A stretch of DNA of 64,000 nucleotides from Octopus sinensis (lineage: Eukaryota), in contig NC_043010.1 in assembly GCF_006345805.1 (NCBI RefSeq), positions 23,870,001 through 23,934,000 of the forward strand, in the 5' to 3' direction. The notes beneath the pieces were generated by a model that had not been told where the DNA came from, made no database searches, and worked only from the letters and a program-made list of their open reading frames with translations. The position numbers were made by a program, and so were the translations under genes. Shown one piece after another: positions 39,601 through 53,278 of this stretch. Within the stretch, counting starts at the first letter, position 1; every line of letters starts with the position of its first letter.

Positions 39601-40167
39601 CAGCAGCAACAACAGTTATTTACTTTTTCATTTTAGTTCCCTACGTTCACTTCATGTTGGGTAATTCTAGGCACTTATTTCACCCGTAACATGCAAAATG
39701 TTACTGAAGCCTTTCAAATTCTTCTTTAACGGGTTGCATTCATTAAACTATGAACATGATTACGTAAAACCTTCTTGGATTTACTTATTTTAGTAATCAA
39801 AATTATTTTCACCACAAAGGATACATGACAAAGTAAACATAGAAAGGAGACGAAATTGGGATGTAGGAAGCCATTTTGTCCTATAATCGTCGAGAATCTG
39901 CTATTTAACCGAGACTGTCTTTCACCTGAAGATGGAGCTTCAGTTCTGCATTACATTGAAAGATTTTTTGAAGTTTGCATTAATGCAAGTGTCTAAGTAT
40001 TTACTATTAGATAAAATACTATAATTACTTGCATGTTTTAAAGTTACGAAACAATTTGTTATGAAATTTCAATTCGCTAGATAAAATTTCAACAAAATAT
40101 TTTTCTGTAATTTGTCACTTTATTCACTCCTCACACATACGCGCGCGCACGCACACACAAACATATA

Positions 40168-40387
40168 TTCTTTTATTCTTTTACTTGTTTCAGTCGTTTG
40201 ATTGCGGCCATTCTGTAGCACCACCTTACTCGAACAAATCGCCCCCGGACTTATTATTTGTAAGCCTAGTACTTATTCTATCGGTCTCTATTGCCGAACT
40301 GCTAAATTACAGGAACGTAAACACACCAACATCCGTTGTCAAACGACTGCGGACAAACACAGACATAAACATATATAAACACACATA

Positions 40388-40426
<39 letters not shown>

Positions 40427-40582
40427 GACGGGCTTCTTTCAGTTTCTGTCTACCAAATTCACTCACAAGACATTGGTCGGCCGGAGGCTATAGCAGAAGA
40501 CACTTGTCCAAGGTGCCATGCAGTGGGACTGAACCCAGGACCATGTTGTTGAGAAGTAAGCTTCTTACCACTCAGCCACGCC
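40168..40582 (-). mobile_element. Full-length SINE family B
   Basis: Reverse match to 33546-33968. Confidence 0.85.
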
Positions 40583-40619
40583 TACGTATATACTGTTTAT
40601 CAAAGTCGAATAAACCTCA

Positions 40620-41090
40620 CAAACTAACTCCGAACAAAAGCTTCTGAAGTTTTTCCGACTTCAATAAAAAAAGTTATTTCAATCTATCATTGGTAATCGA
40701 GTACTATTTTCTCCCTTTGTACAGCTACTATGAGCTTACTTGTGTTTGTCTATAAATACATAGCTAAGATCTGTTCCTAGGTATAAGGATAAGTTGAAGC
40801 AATCACTTAAAACCTCTACAGCTTAACTTGACATCTCGGGAAATTCATTGCCTTGATCGATCTGCATGGCGTAAAATGTATCACGATGCATCCAAACAAT
40901 TTGAGCTGAACAAAAGCAACAATAGAAGAATTATATCCCGCAACCGACAGACACATTAACGCAATCCCAGACATAATCCAAATCATCAATGTCCCCCTTG
41001 TGACTTTGATAGCAAAATCCATCCTGGGACCCAAATTACATTTATGCATCCACCACAAATACATGCAGCTTCTTAGTGTATTTTTTCTTT
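40620..41090 (+). pseudogene. Old RTE-clade 3' fragment
   Basis: RYKDKLKQSLK and LDRSAWRKMYHDASKQFE, followed by a CPPCD zinc-finger remnant. Confidence 0.55.
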
Positions 41091-41175
41091 TGTTCTATTA
41101 TTCTCTTTAACATTAAGCCCTCTCCTTCGAACACTCATACGTTAACACCAACAGGAGCGATCATGCCTGTATGTA

Positions 41176-41715
41176 GGGCGGCGAGCTGGCAGAAGCGTTA
41201 GTACGACGGGCGAAATGCATAGCCGTATTTCGTCAGTCATTACGTTCTGAGTTCAAATTCCGCCGAAGTCGACTTTGCCTTTCATCCTTTCGGGGTCGAT
41301 AAATTAAGTACCAGTTACGCACTGGGGTCGGTGTAATCGACTTAATCAGTTTGTCTGTAATTGTTCGTCCTTTCTGTGTTTAGCCACTTGTGGGTAGTAA
41401 AGAAATAGGTATTTCGTTTGCCGCTACGTTGTGAGTTCAAATTCCACCTAGGTTGACTTCGCCTTTCATCCTTTCGGGGTCGATTAAATAAGTACTAATT
41501 ACGCACTGGGGTCGATATAATCGACTGAATCCGTTTGTCTGTCCTTGTTTGTCCTCTCTGTTTGCCCCTTGTGGGTAGTAAAGAAATAGGTATTCTGTCT
41601 GTCGTTACATTCTGTGTTTCGGGGTTCATTAAATAAGTACCACTTACGCACTGGAATCGATGCAATCGGCTTACTCTCTTTGTTGGTCCTTGTTTGACCC
41701 CTCTATACTTAGCAT
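41176..41715 (+). mobile_element. Multimeric SINE family A (three units)
   Basis: Units start at 41227, 41411 and 41592. Confidence 0.8.
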
Positions 41716-41790
41716 GCTGTGGGCAATAAAGAAATATATATATACATATATATTATATATATGTATATATATATAATATATATTTATATG

Positions 41791-41841
<51 letters not shown>

Positions 41842-41849
<8 letters not shown>

Positions 41850-42314
41850 AAAGTAAATAAATGGTACACGAAGCACCGATATCTGCTATTTTCATTGAAA
41901 CTTCTTCACTGTTCTCGTTCTGTTACGTTGTGACGTTCAGACGAGTGTACTGGCATAGATGTGGCAACTTTTGAAATATTGGCGAGGTTTATGCAGCTGA
42001 TGAAGATCAATCAAATATACGTTTGGCAAGCGTATTTTGAATCCGAAACCGGTACTGCATTATCCGTTATCTAGGTTTCTCATTTTTCTGATGTTTTTCC
42101 TAGAGGTAAGACAATTTTTTTCATGTTTGTTGCACACACGCATCTTTACTACTACATACACAGTGAAGCTATACATTAGCGTTGTATTTATTACGTTCGC
42201 TATTTTCCAGTAGATATCAGTGCTTCGTTGTACCATTTATTTACTTTTATGTATAATTTTACTCTCACGGGCTATCCTTTACTGGAAAGCAATACTCTCG
42301 TATTGCATTACTAT

Positions 42315-42320
<6 letters not shown>
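41842..42320 (+). mobile_element. Solo pLTR-like cassette in (TA)n with ~45-bp inverted repeat (41842-41887 / 42209-42255)
   Basis: The arms are reverse complements; HHR between them. Confidence 0.7.
41991..42060 (+). ncRNA. Type I hammerhead ribozyme with intact core (family 5)
   Basis: ATGCAG-CTGATGA-[AGATC..CAAATATACGTTT-GGC-AAGCGTATTTTG..AATCC]-GAAA-CCGG-TA-CTGCAT; 6-bp helix I, palindromic ACCGGT. Confidence 0.85.
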
Positions 42321-42407
<87 letters not shown>

Positions 42408-42539
42408 ATATATATGCATGTATGTATGTATGTATGTATGTATGTATGTATGTATGTATGTGCAGATCTGTATGTTTTATGTATGTATCCTCATGCATAT
42501 AGTTGCATATCTAGACATGCTCATATATATTTAAATGAT

Positions 42540-42925
42540 AAACTTCTAGAAAGTTTTACGAATTTTTACAGTTCCACGGATGGATTGGATTTGTGGTCTT
42601 CGAATCAGCTTTCCTCTTTCTGGTTTTGAGAAGCCTAACTTCTCAAGATTGGTATCTAGACAGTGTGTTACATATCCCAGGGCCTCAATAATTGTAATCT
42701 GGATAGAGTAACTGCAGATTTCTCAATAGTTCAGCATAGGCGTTCTCTTTTTCACTGATCTTCAGCTTTATGTTAGCAACCGCTGGGCAGCTAATTTCCA
42801 CAACTGTGCACAATTTCTCTTCTCTGTCCAAAATCACTATATTACATAAATGTAAGCACATCATTGTGTTGTGCTCACATTTTATTGAGGTCGTCACTGG
42901 GACATTCCACCAGTATTCATTTTTA
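42540..42925 (-). mobile_element. 3' end of an RLE-type non-LTR retrotransposon (second family)
   Basis: WWNVPVTTSIK...IVILDREEKLCTVVEISCP...KISEKENAY...LQLLYPDY, then ALGYVTH...GTVKI. Confidence 0.75.
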
Positions 42926-44060
42926 TTATGAGTGGCTATGGCTTCTACCCTGTATGAATGCATGTATGTATACGTACGCAAACACCCGCAAGCACATGCA
43001 CACCCATATATATCTATAGGACGCATGCTATTACATATAACTATATGTGTGCATATGTATTTATATATATATGTACGTATACACTCACGCACATACACGC
43101 ATAAATATGTATGTACACACACAGACTATTGCACACATAGACATATATGGGAATATTGTGTTTGTGTGCGTGCGTCTGTATGCGTGTTTCTGTGTATCTA
43201 CTTCTATGTGTATGTGTATGTTTGTATGCGTGTGCTTGTGTGTGTTTATGTGTGTGTTTCTTCTCCATTATCTTTGGCATTTTGCGCATGCGTACTAATA
43301 CCAACGTTGTGCACATTTCCAAAAGCAATTCATTCGTTTGTTTGTTTGGCCGTGTTCTATTTTCCTTCTTTGTATTTATAATTTCCTTCTATTTCTTGTT
43401 TCTTTTTTTTTTTCGTTTCTCTTCTTTTCGCTCCTTGCCATGGAGAGAGTTTGGGTCCTCATCTAGAGGTCCTTCTCTATATTTCCCGATGACTTTTATT
43501 CCTTTGACAGCAGCGACAACTAAACATCTCTGTCTTAATGTTAAAAGTTTCGTTTATAATACAAAATCTGATCTTTAGAAATGCCAACAAATAGCGTTGG
43601 TTTTTGTAAAGTGCAAATAGACAGAACACGTGACCTTTATATTTACTACCATAATAATTGCTTGGGAACTGTATATGTGCACATTCATATATACGTACAT
43701 ACATACATATGTGTGTGTGCATGTGTGTCTATAGCCTTGTATGTATGTGTAATTTGTATACACGTTGAACCGTTACGCATGCATATATATATTCACAAGT
43801 ACGCACACACACATAAACACATGTACGTGTGTATGTTTATATATGTATGCGTGTGTGTGTGTGTGTATGAGTGTATGTATAACGTGCATATGCGTTAAAA
43901 AAGCACACATTTACGTAGATTAGATGTATATGAGTATTCACAAGAAGGTCGCACTCATATACATACAAACATATACAAACATACATACATGCATGCATAT
44001 ACACACATGCGTATGTAAATACATATATTCGTACATATACATACATACACACATACACAC

Positions 44061-44095
<35 letters not shown>

Positions 44096-44153
44096 TATAT
44101 ATATTATGTATATATATTATATATATATATATATATATACATTTATATACATG

Positions 44154-44230
<77 letters not shown>

Positions 44231-44385
44231 TTTATATTATTTAAATTTGAATAAGGGTAGAAATTGATATTAATCAATTAAAACCAGTGGCCTAGCATAT
44301 TAAAATAATCCGAAGATTAAAATATTTTTACATACAAAATTTAGTGTCAGTCCTTTAAATTTTTATATACATTTATATATATACA

Positions 44386-44442
<57 letters not shown>

Positions 44443-44446
44443 ATAT

Positions 44447-44496
<50 letters not shown>

Positions 44497-44530
44497 TATA
44501 TATACGTATACATATATATATTATATAATA

Positions 44531-44563
<33 letters not shown>

Positions 44564-44591
44564 CGTATACATATATACAAGCACATAGATA

Positions 44592-47500
44592 ATAATGTTC
44601 GTCCTTCGGTTCGAAGATGACCAACTGACATCATCTGATGGAACTGCCGCCATGAGACCGGGTGGCTGGTGAGGCCAATCCGGGCAAGGAAGCCCCTCCC
44701 ACAGGTGGGGCAGAAGTGGGTAGGGGCAGTGCTACTGGTGCAGGCGGCTCTGACTTTACGCATCTGACGTTTCTGCTCCGCTGACCGAATCCGTCCCTCC
44801 TCGGCTGTCCCTGCTCCCACGGTGATTGCGCTGCGCCAGGATGAGCGGTTGGCAGCAAGTGTCTCCCAGGTCTCTGTTCCGATGGAGAAGTCTTTGAGAG
44901 AGACCTTGAGACTATCCTTGTAGCGCTTTTTCTGCCCTCCGACTTTGCGCCTGCCCTGGCCGAGTTCACCGTAGAAGAGCTGTTTTGGGATGCGAGTGTC
45001 GGACATGCGGGAGACGTGGCCCGCCCATCTCAGCTGGGCCTTGCGCATGATTGTGATGGTGCTAGGGAGATCTGCCTGCTTCAGAACTTCCGTGTCTGGG
45101 ACTTTGTCCTGCCAGCGGATGTGAAGGAGATTCCGAAGACACCTGAGATGGAAGTGGTTTATCTGGCGCTCGTGCCTTCGGTAAGCAGTCCACGTCTCGC
45201 AGCCGTATAGTAGAGTGGTAAGCACGACTGCCCGGTAGACTTTCAGCTTGGTGTTGAGGCTGATTCCTCTCCGCTCCCAGACTTTCTTTCGCAGTCTCCC
45301 CAACGCGCTGCTTGCCTTGGAGATTCTGTTGATGGTTTCAGCATCTATGTTGGCATTGCAGGAGAGAGTGCTGCCCAGGTAGGTGAAGTTTTCCACCACT
45401 CGTAAGATCCGTCCGTTCACCTTATCTGAGGCTCATGGTATTGTTTGCCGGGGGCTGGCTGAAACATCACTTCGGTTTTCTTTGCACTGATGGTGAGACC
45501 GAAGTTGTCACAGGCTGATGAGAACCTGTCCATCTCGAGCTGCATCTCCTGCTCATCGATTGCATTAAGGGCGCAGTCGTCAGCAAAGAGAAAGTCTCTG
45601 ACGACTGTCTCCCTCACCTTTGTGACAGCCTGCAATCTCCTGGAGTTGAAAAGTTCCCGTCTGTCCTGTACTTGATGTTGATACCGGACTTGCAGTCCCT
45701 AAAGGCGTCGGACATCATTGCCGAGAACATGATGCTGACAGTGTTGGGGCCAGGACACAGCCCTGCCTGACTCCGTTGGTCACCTGGAAGGCTTCAGATG
45801 AGTCGCCGTCCTCAAGGATTCTGGCTGTCATTCCGTCGTGGAACTGGCGGACAATTGCAATAAATTTGCTGGGGCAACCAAATTTTCCCATGACCTTCCA
45901 TAGTCCCTCCCGACTGACTGTATCAAAGGCCTTGGTGAGGTCAACAAAGGTAATGCAGAGGTCAAGGTGCTGCTCCATGCATTTCTCCTGGAGCTGGCGG
46001 GCGGCGAATATCATGTCAGTGGTCCCTCGACCCGCACGGAAGCCACACTGGCTCTCAGGGAGAAGGCCTTGCTCCAAGTGTTCCAGAAGGCGGTCAAGCA
46101 GGACCCGGGCCAGGATCTTGCCTGCTATGGACAAGAGGGAAATACCTCGGTGGTTGTCGCAGGACTGCCGATCTCCTTTCCGCTTATAAATGTGGACGAT
46201 TGTTGCATCCCGGAAATCTTGAGGGAGTTGTTCCCTGTCCCACATCGACTGGAACAGGCTGGTGAGCTGACTGATCATGGTGGGGCCTCCCGACTTGAAC
46301 ACCTCTGCAGGGATGGCATCAGAGCCTGGAGCTTTGCCGGTGGACATTTTTTTGATGGCTCTGCTCACTTCCCCGACTGCAGGGGGAACAGCCAACTCGT
46401 GGTTTGTCGGCACCTGGGGGAGTCGTGCGATGGCTTCCTCGTTGATCTGGGCTGGTCGGTTGAGCACGATGTTGAAGTGCTCCGCCCATCTCTCCAGGGT
46501 CAGCCTCTTGTTAGTCAGGAGTGAGGTTCCATCTGAGCTGAGCAGGGGGGTTGATCCAAAGGAGAACTGCGGTCCATAGACAGCTTTCAGCGCCTCTTAG
46601 AATTTCTTGGTGTCGTGTTTGTCTGCGTATCCCTGAATCTCATCCGCCTTGGCGCTTAACCATGCATCTTGCATGAGGCGGAGTTTAGCCTGGACTGTGC
46701 TGCGAATCTTGTTGAAAGCGGCCTTCTTTGCCGTGCAGGTGGTGTCATTTTGGTGAGCCCGCAGCAGACGGCGTTTCTCTTCCAGGAGCTTTTGGATTTC
46801 CTGGTCGTTTTCGTCGAACCAGTCCTGGTGGTTCCTCGTAATTTGGCCCAGAGTTTCAAGGGCGATGGAATGAACCGTGTCCTGAATGATTCCCACTGCT
46901 CATCGATGCTGGACTGGTCACTCCGAATGTCCAACAGCTTACTGTCCATACGTGACTGGAGATCTTGTGCAGTCAGCTGGTTCCTTAATTTCGTGATGTT
47001 AAGCTTCCTCGTCACTTTCTGACCCTGTGGTCTTCTCTTAGGTCGGATGTAGAAATCCATCCTGGAGATGATGAGGCGATGGTCCGTCCAGCAGTCAGCT
47101 CCGCACATGGCTTTGACCAGTCTCACGTCCCGCCTGTCTTTCGCCCTGACGATGACGTAATCTATCAGATGCCAGTGTTTGGAGCGTGGATGCATCCATG
47201 ATGTCTTGTTGCGTGTTGGCAGACGGAACAAGGTGTTGGCGATGGTAAGATCATGAGAGGCACACGCACGCAGGAGGAGCTGTCCGTTGCTGTTGCACTT
47301 TCCGATTCCTTGCTTTCCCAGTACGCGATGCCAGGCTTGGTGGTCAGTCCCGACACGGGCGTTAAAATCCCCAAGGAGGATGAGCTTCCCAGGCTGGGCT
47401 GACGTGATGAGGGAGTCGAGTTCCTCATAGAACCTGTCCTTAACTTCTTCAGGGTTGGTCATGGTGGGGGCGTAAGCACTGATGATGGTCGCACTAGTCT

Positions 47501-48558
47501 TGTTTCCAAGTGGGAGCTGCATCTTCATCAGCCGATCGTTGATACCCTCTGGGGGGCTTTCCAGTTTCCGCACGTGTACTGACTTAATGGCAAAACCAAC
47601 ACCAGCCTCACGACGCTCTTCGCTGCTGCGACCACTCCAAAAGAAAGTGTAGCCGCCGCCTGTCTCTGTCAGCTGGCCTTTGTCCGCAAGGCGGGTCTCG
47701 CTCAGTGCTGCAATATCGACACTGTATCGGCTCAGTTCTCTGGCCACCAGGGCAGTTCGTCTCTCTGGTCTGTCCGCTTTGGTGTTGTCAAGCAGAGTTC
47801 TCACGTTCCAAGTTGCGAAAGTGAGCACCTTTGTTTGTTTTCTTCTTTCTTTGTTTCGACCGCTTGGAAAGGATCCCCGCCAGCCGCGGTTTGCTGACCA
47901 GGGTGAGGTGAGGCAGGCTATGTTTAGGGCAACCTTTTCTAGCCCCGTCCTCATGCTGGGGAGGCGAGCAGAGCGATCCTGAAGAGGGCTGCTCGGTCAC
48001 TCAGGAGGCTGCCGGACTCCACTGCTGCCTCAGTTCAGTGAGGGGCGACCACATGTCCTGAGCCGCCTGTGTGTGGGTTCACGACTGCAGCTCCCAGTGT
48101 ATCCTCCTCACCTGCTACTTCGCCGTTTCCCCATCGCCACAGGACTTTGGGATGGTGTCATGGCGTCATGATGTCGTGACATGCGCGTGACTTGGATTAT
48201 AGTGAGGGTGACTTGCGCAGGATCAGCCTCACTCTCTCGTCCTGGTGCGCCGGATCCAGTGGCAAGACAAAGTCAAGACGACGGGGGATAGACCAAGATG
48301 CAGGAGCTGCCGGAAGGTGGCACGCATGGCGCAATCCAACCGCCTTAGGGGCTCCACTCCGGATTTTGGATGGCCATTGACTCATGAGAGAGTTCCTCTG
48401 CCCTTTGACAGGTTTTGTTTTTAGTCCTGCTGGGTGTCCAAATCACCCTCCTCACCAAGAAATCTTGGTGGGGTTGCCAGTTTAGTCGCCAACGACCCGA
48501 CCATGTAACAGGTTGTACTGGGTTACATGTTACCAGTAGCTCCAAGCGGAGACCTGAC
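44592..48558 (-). mobile_element. Full-length GC-rich RTE-clade LINE with 15-bp TSD
   Basis: TSD ACAAGCACATAGATA at 44577-44591 and 48559-48573; ~600-bp 5' UTR; a single APE-RT ORF with a few disruptions. Confidence 0.93.
44620..47954 (-). pseudogene. RTE ORF (AP endonuclease + RT + C-terminal zinc finger)
   Basis: ATWNVRTL, AALSETR, LLGDFNARVG, TDH, RGISLLS, FVDLTKAFD, GVRQGCVLAP, FLFADD, FTYLGS, CPTCGRGFLARIGLTSH; about 3 frameshifts and one in-frame TAA at 46597. Confidence 0.92.
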
Positions 48559-49469
48559 ACAAGCACATAGATATATATACATACACACACACACATATAT
48601 AAATATACATATACATATATGTGGATATATATATATATATATATATATGTAATATATAGATATACCTATATATAGCAATTTATAAGTATACATATAGCTA
48701 TATGTGTATGACTCGATGTACGCAGAAATGCGCGCGCGCGCACGCGCGTACATTTATAAACAGAACAGTATAATTGTTATGAGAGACGTGATTGTATCGA
48801 GAGCTGCTGTTTCATTCAAGTACTAAATCCTCATATCTATCATATTTCCCGCTCCAGAAGCGTGTTTTGAAACGGTCTTTGCAGCCATCTAAATGTTATA
48901 TTAATAATTAAGGCTTTGTATTAATTCTTTGGGATGATTAAGGAGGAAAAATCATGTTCTCACCGATAGGTAAATGACATGTGATATATTGACTGGATAA
49001 TCTTGGTTATGATTTATGATATTTAAGTATCCGACTTCGCCACAGTGATAAGTGTGATGTATAAAGGATCGCGGGTAAGGCCAAAACAACGTAAAGTAAA
49101 TGCAAGGTAAATCGCTAGAAAATAACTATACGAATATATGTAGAATTACTTTGTATTCAATATTTCGGGGTTATGATTCCATTTTCAAGAAAATAAACGT
49201 ATTATGCCGATGTGCATGAGTGTGTGAGCTTGCGTGGAGTGGACATGAGCAGAAATGTGTTGCTATAGCAACGATCTAGCTTCCTGTAACTCTCCTCTGT
49301 TGTTGATTTTATGTTTCTTTTGGTGTATGAAGATGGTATCAGAAATTCCAAGGTTGCCTCTGTTCCGCTGTGTGGCCTTGATGTGCACTGTGAATTCCTG
49401 GATCGGACATTTCCGTAGATGTTTCTTCACGGAATTGTGATATTTTTTATGCTGTGTATTATTTTTGGT

Positions 49470-49656
49470 TTCAATTTTCAGCACAAGGCCAGCAATTTCG
49501 GACGAATGGGTAAGTCGATTACATCGACCTCAGTGCTTGGATGGCTCTTATTCTTTAGACTCCAAAATGATGGAAAGGAAAGCCGAACTCAGATCGTGGA
49601 GGCGGGCGGAATTCCAATAAGCCTTGCGTGCTAACGATTCTGTCGGCTCGCTGCCT
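49470..49656 (-). mobile_element. SINE family A monomer
   Basis: Reverse match to the family A head and tail. Confidence 0.65.
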
Positions 49657-49984
49657 TAAAGGATAAAAGGCACAGTCTGGGAATGTAAAGATGGATTAAA
49701 TAACACTAAGCATATGGTCCGGCATTCTAACGATTCTGTCAGGTCAACATTTTATGCATTATCATGTTATTGATTTCAAATTTTTGTTCGACGCGTATGA
49801 CAGGTTATGAAAATGTCTGACATGCAATTTGTTCTTGCTGTGTTGTTTCTCGATATCGTGACTTGATTTCAATTCCACTACCCTGCAGCTTGACGGAATA
49901 ACTGATTCCAGTTGACCAATGTCTAGTCAGCGCAGGAGACCGGCGGAAAGATGCATATTCTATATCGCTTTTTTTCCCCATCTT

Positions 49985-50130
49985 TTATCTTTTACTTGTT
50001 TCAGTCAACAGACTGCGGCCATACTGGGGTGCCGCCATGAAGAAGTTTTATTCGAATGCACCTATGTTTTTAAAATCTGGTACTTATTCCATTAGTCTTT
50101 CTCGCCGAATCGGCTGTCAAGCGATGGTCG
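49985..50130 (-). mobile_element. SINE family B 3' fragment
   Basis: Matches 40168-40330. Confidence 0.55.
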
Positions 50131-51127
50131 AGAACAAACACAGACAGAAAACACACGCAAAATAGTATATTTTATCTTAATTTTTCTGCATATTTATTTT
50201 CATACTTACCTTCAGTACAAATTTTTTGTGATATTTGGACCTCTATTTATTAATGATTGAACACAATTTTTGCTTGTTATTTCTTGAGGAAAAAAACATG
50301 GTTTCCGTGACGTCAACGCACATTCACACATTCAGAATACACACACATATAATGAATGTCATGGCGTGTTAACACAAACACACGCCTGCTATCTACTACA
50401 TATGTACACACATGATTTTAGCGCTCTCTAAGAAAAAAAGACGTCGACTTTTTCACGTACACAATATTTTGATCATTTAGGAATATTTTAAACTAAATGT
50501 GATTTCAAAAATGTAAGTTGTTTGTACAGTAAGTATATTTATGTTAACTTTCTTTAAACAGACAATAGTTTAATGTTTTTTTAAAATTATTTTCAAGTGA
50601 CTGGCGATCTTTCACTTGTTATCTGGTTTGTTAATTTCATCCATTTCATATACACGTTCATACATCTTTCACGTTCTCCCCTCTTTCACTTTAAAACAAA
50701 AGTAAATAAATAAAAAGAATTTACGGAAATTAACGATCAAAACCAGCTGATCGGGATGATAGTTCTGAGAATCAAAGCAACAGTTCTGGGCGTCTAAGCG
50801 AAAGATCGCTCGAAGGGAAAACCATTACAAAACTTTTTTACAGTGCATTCAACATATCTGAGCTCCGAAGATTTGGCTGCTATTTCTAGCATGCCCTGCT
50901 ACCACGTAACAGCTATTTCCGATAAAGGATCCGAAATACCTGTTATGAGGTAGCAGAGCATACAAGACATAGCAACCAAAACTTTCTTTTTCTGGAGATG
51001 TCACATTCCTTGAAAGTATGCGTAATATCCTGGAAAGGGAAAAAAACCCCGCGAAACAAAGCTCCGCTGCAGGGAAACTCAAACTTTCCTGGTGATCCAA
51101 TGGGTCACGGGTAGTCTAGTATATATA

Positions 51128-51197
<70 letters not shown>

Positions 51198-51524
51198 GTG
51201 TGTGTGTGTGTGTGTGTATGTGCGTGTATAATTACACATATGGGGTTTCATTCACGCCTGTCCCTAATTGTTTTTTCACTGAACTCCTCAAAATACATTA
51301 ACAGACACGTACATCAGCGAAGGTTTTCTGCGCAGTTTCTATCTACCAATTACCACTGAAAGGATATGTGTCAACCGGAGGCCTATGCTGAAAGAAATTA
51401 TCCAAATTCTTGCGCAGTAGTATTTGAACTTGTATGCAGTCCTACCTGCAGGTATTCGCTATAAAAAATTTATGAATAAGAGTTCATTTTCTGAGCACGA
51501 TGCTGTATATGTGGGGATGATAGT

Positions 51525-51605
51525 GCGAGCAGACAGGATACGAACCTCCGACCTTCTGCTTTGTAGGCTGGAGTACTAACGACCGATTTATCTAACCCCT
51601 AACCC
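51525..51605 (-). mobile_element. tRNA-like SINE head or tRNA pseudogene
   Basis: GGGTTAGATAAATCGG...GGAGGTTCGTATCCTG (A-box- and B-box-like); no complete cloverleaf. Confidence 0.4.
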
Positions 51606-51705
51606 CATCTCTCATACCACCAGATCATAGCCATTATAGTAATGAACCTTCGACGCTGATGTTAGATATAGCAGCAGCAGTGGCAGCAGTAGCAGCAGCA
51701 GTGGC

Positions 51706-51749
<44 letters not shown>

Positions 51750-52524
51750 ACAACTACAATGTCACTTGCTTTTAAGAGGAAACGCAAAATCGAATTTTAC
51801 TCAGCCCCCTGCTGTTCGCGCGATGCATTGTGGGTATGTCTCCTCCAGTTTCCATCGCAAATTCCCTTAATTGTGCTCTTTGTGATTGAAAGCTTTAGAA
51901 AATTGCCTTTTACATAAATATACAGGCACGCACACACACACACACACACTGTAATATAATTCCACACGTACATGCATATATATACGTGTGTGTGTGTGTG
52001 CGTTTATGCATATGAATGTAACGATCCAAATAAACACAATTAGGCTTGACACATATAAATATATAAATATACAGACACACACACATATATATGTGTATGT
52101 ATGTATGTATGCATGCATGTATGTATGTATATATATATATGTATATATATCTATATTATATATCTATATGTATATGTATAGATATATGTATGCATGTATA
52201 TATATATATGTATGTATATATGTCTATATATATATATATATATACATACATATATGTGGCCATACATAGATATACGTAGATGCATATAACTACATGTGTT
52301 CATAAAGATAACCACACACATACGCATGCATACTTATACACACGCACACATAATCATATGTGTGTGTATGTATATATATATATGCATATATATATATATA
52401 TATGTATGTATATATGTATATATATGTATGCTTATGTATATATATGTATGCATATATATATATGTATATATATATAGATATATATGCATACATACATATA
52501 TATATATATATGTGTGTCTGCATG

Positions 52525-52555
<31 letters not shown>

Positions 52556-53278
52556 TGTGTGTGTGTGTGTGTGTACATATGTTGATATACGTAGATATAT
52601 ACAATTACGTTTTCATAAAGATAACCACACACACGCTTACATACATACATACATACACACACACACGCACACACATATACATCAGTGATAGTGCGAGATA
52701 TGGATGTTATTTGAGGTCAAACCGTCGTGCCATTCTTTGCTATGTCCCCTAAACAATGAAATCATTAAGTTTACTAATATCATTTTATATTACCTTTCGG
52801 CTTCACCTCCACATGACGAAGATTAAATGCAATTATCAGGACAAAAAAGTGAAAAACATGAGTAACTAAGTCTCATTTGATCCCCGGAGAGAAAAAGAAA
52901 GAACGAGGCTGAGAATGGACTTGCAGTTTTTATGGCATCCTGCTGCTTGAAGTGAATTCTTATGATTGCATAAAGCATTATCTTTGATATTATGATTTTA
53001 CAAGCTTTTATCTTTGTATCTCCACTATTTGCAGTGTTTGTAGGGCTAAGACGTTAACGTCTTGGTCGAAAATTTGAGAATTAGTATGAAACCATAAAAG
53101 AAGGCAAGGCTGTGACATAGAAAAGACGGTTATATTTGTCTTACTGCATTTACTTTACCTTGAGTAGGTGAATATTTAGAAACTGCTGTGGTAATTGTTA
53201 TGCAACCATTGGGGTTTATATTTAAATTAAATTTGTTTCAAGATGCTCTCGACATTCTTTTGGTTTAAGCTTAATATT

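Noticed and set aside
39921-39955. CTGAAGA followed by a small hairpin
   Set aside because: No GAAA box or helix I partner.
50735-50960. About 70-codon open stretch (KPADRDDSSENQ...)
   Set aside because: No good splice acceptor, and it contains the TGGCTGCTATTTCTAGCA motif also seen near 57910 and 59780, so it is probably repeat-derived.
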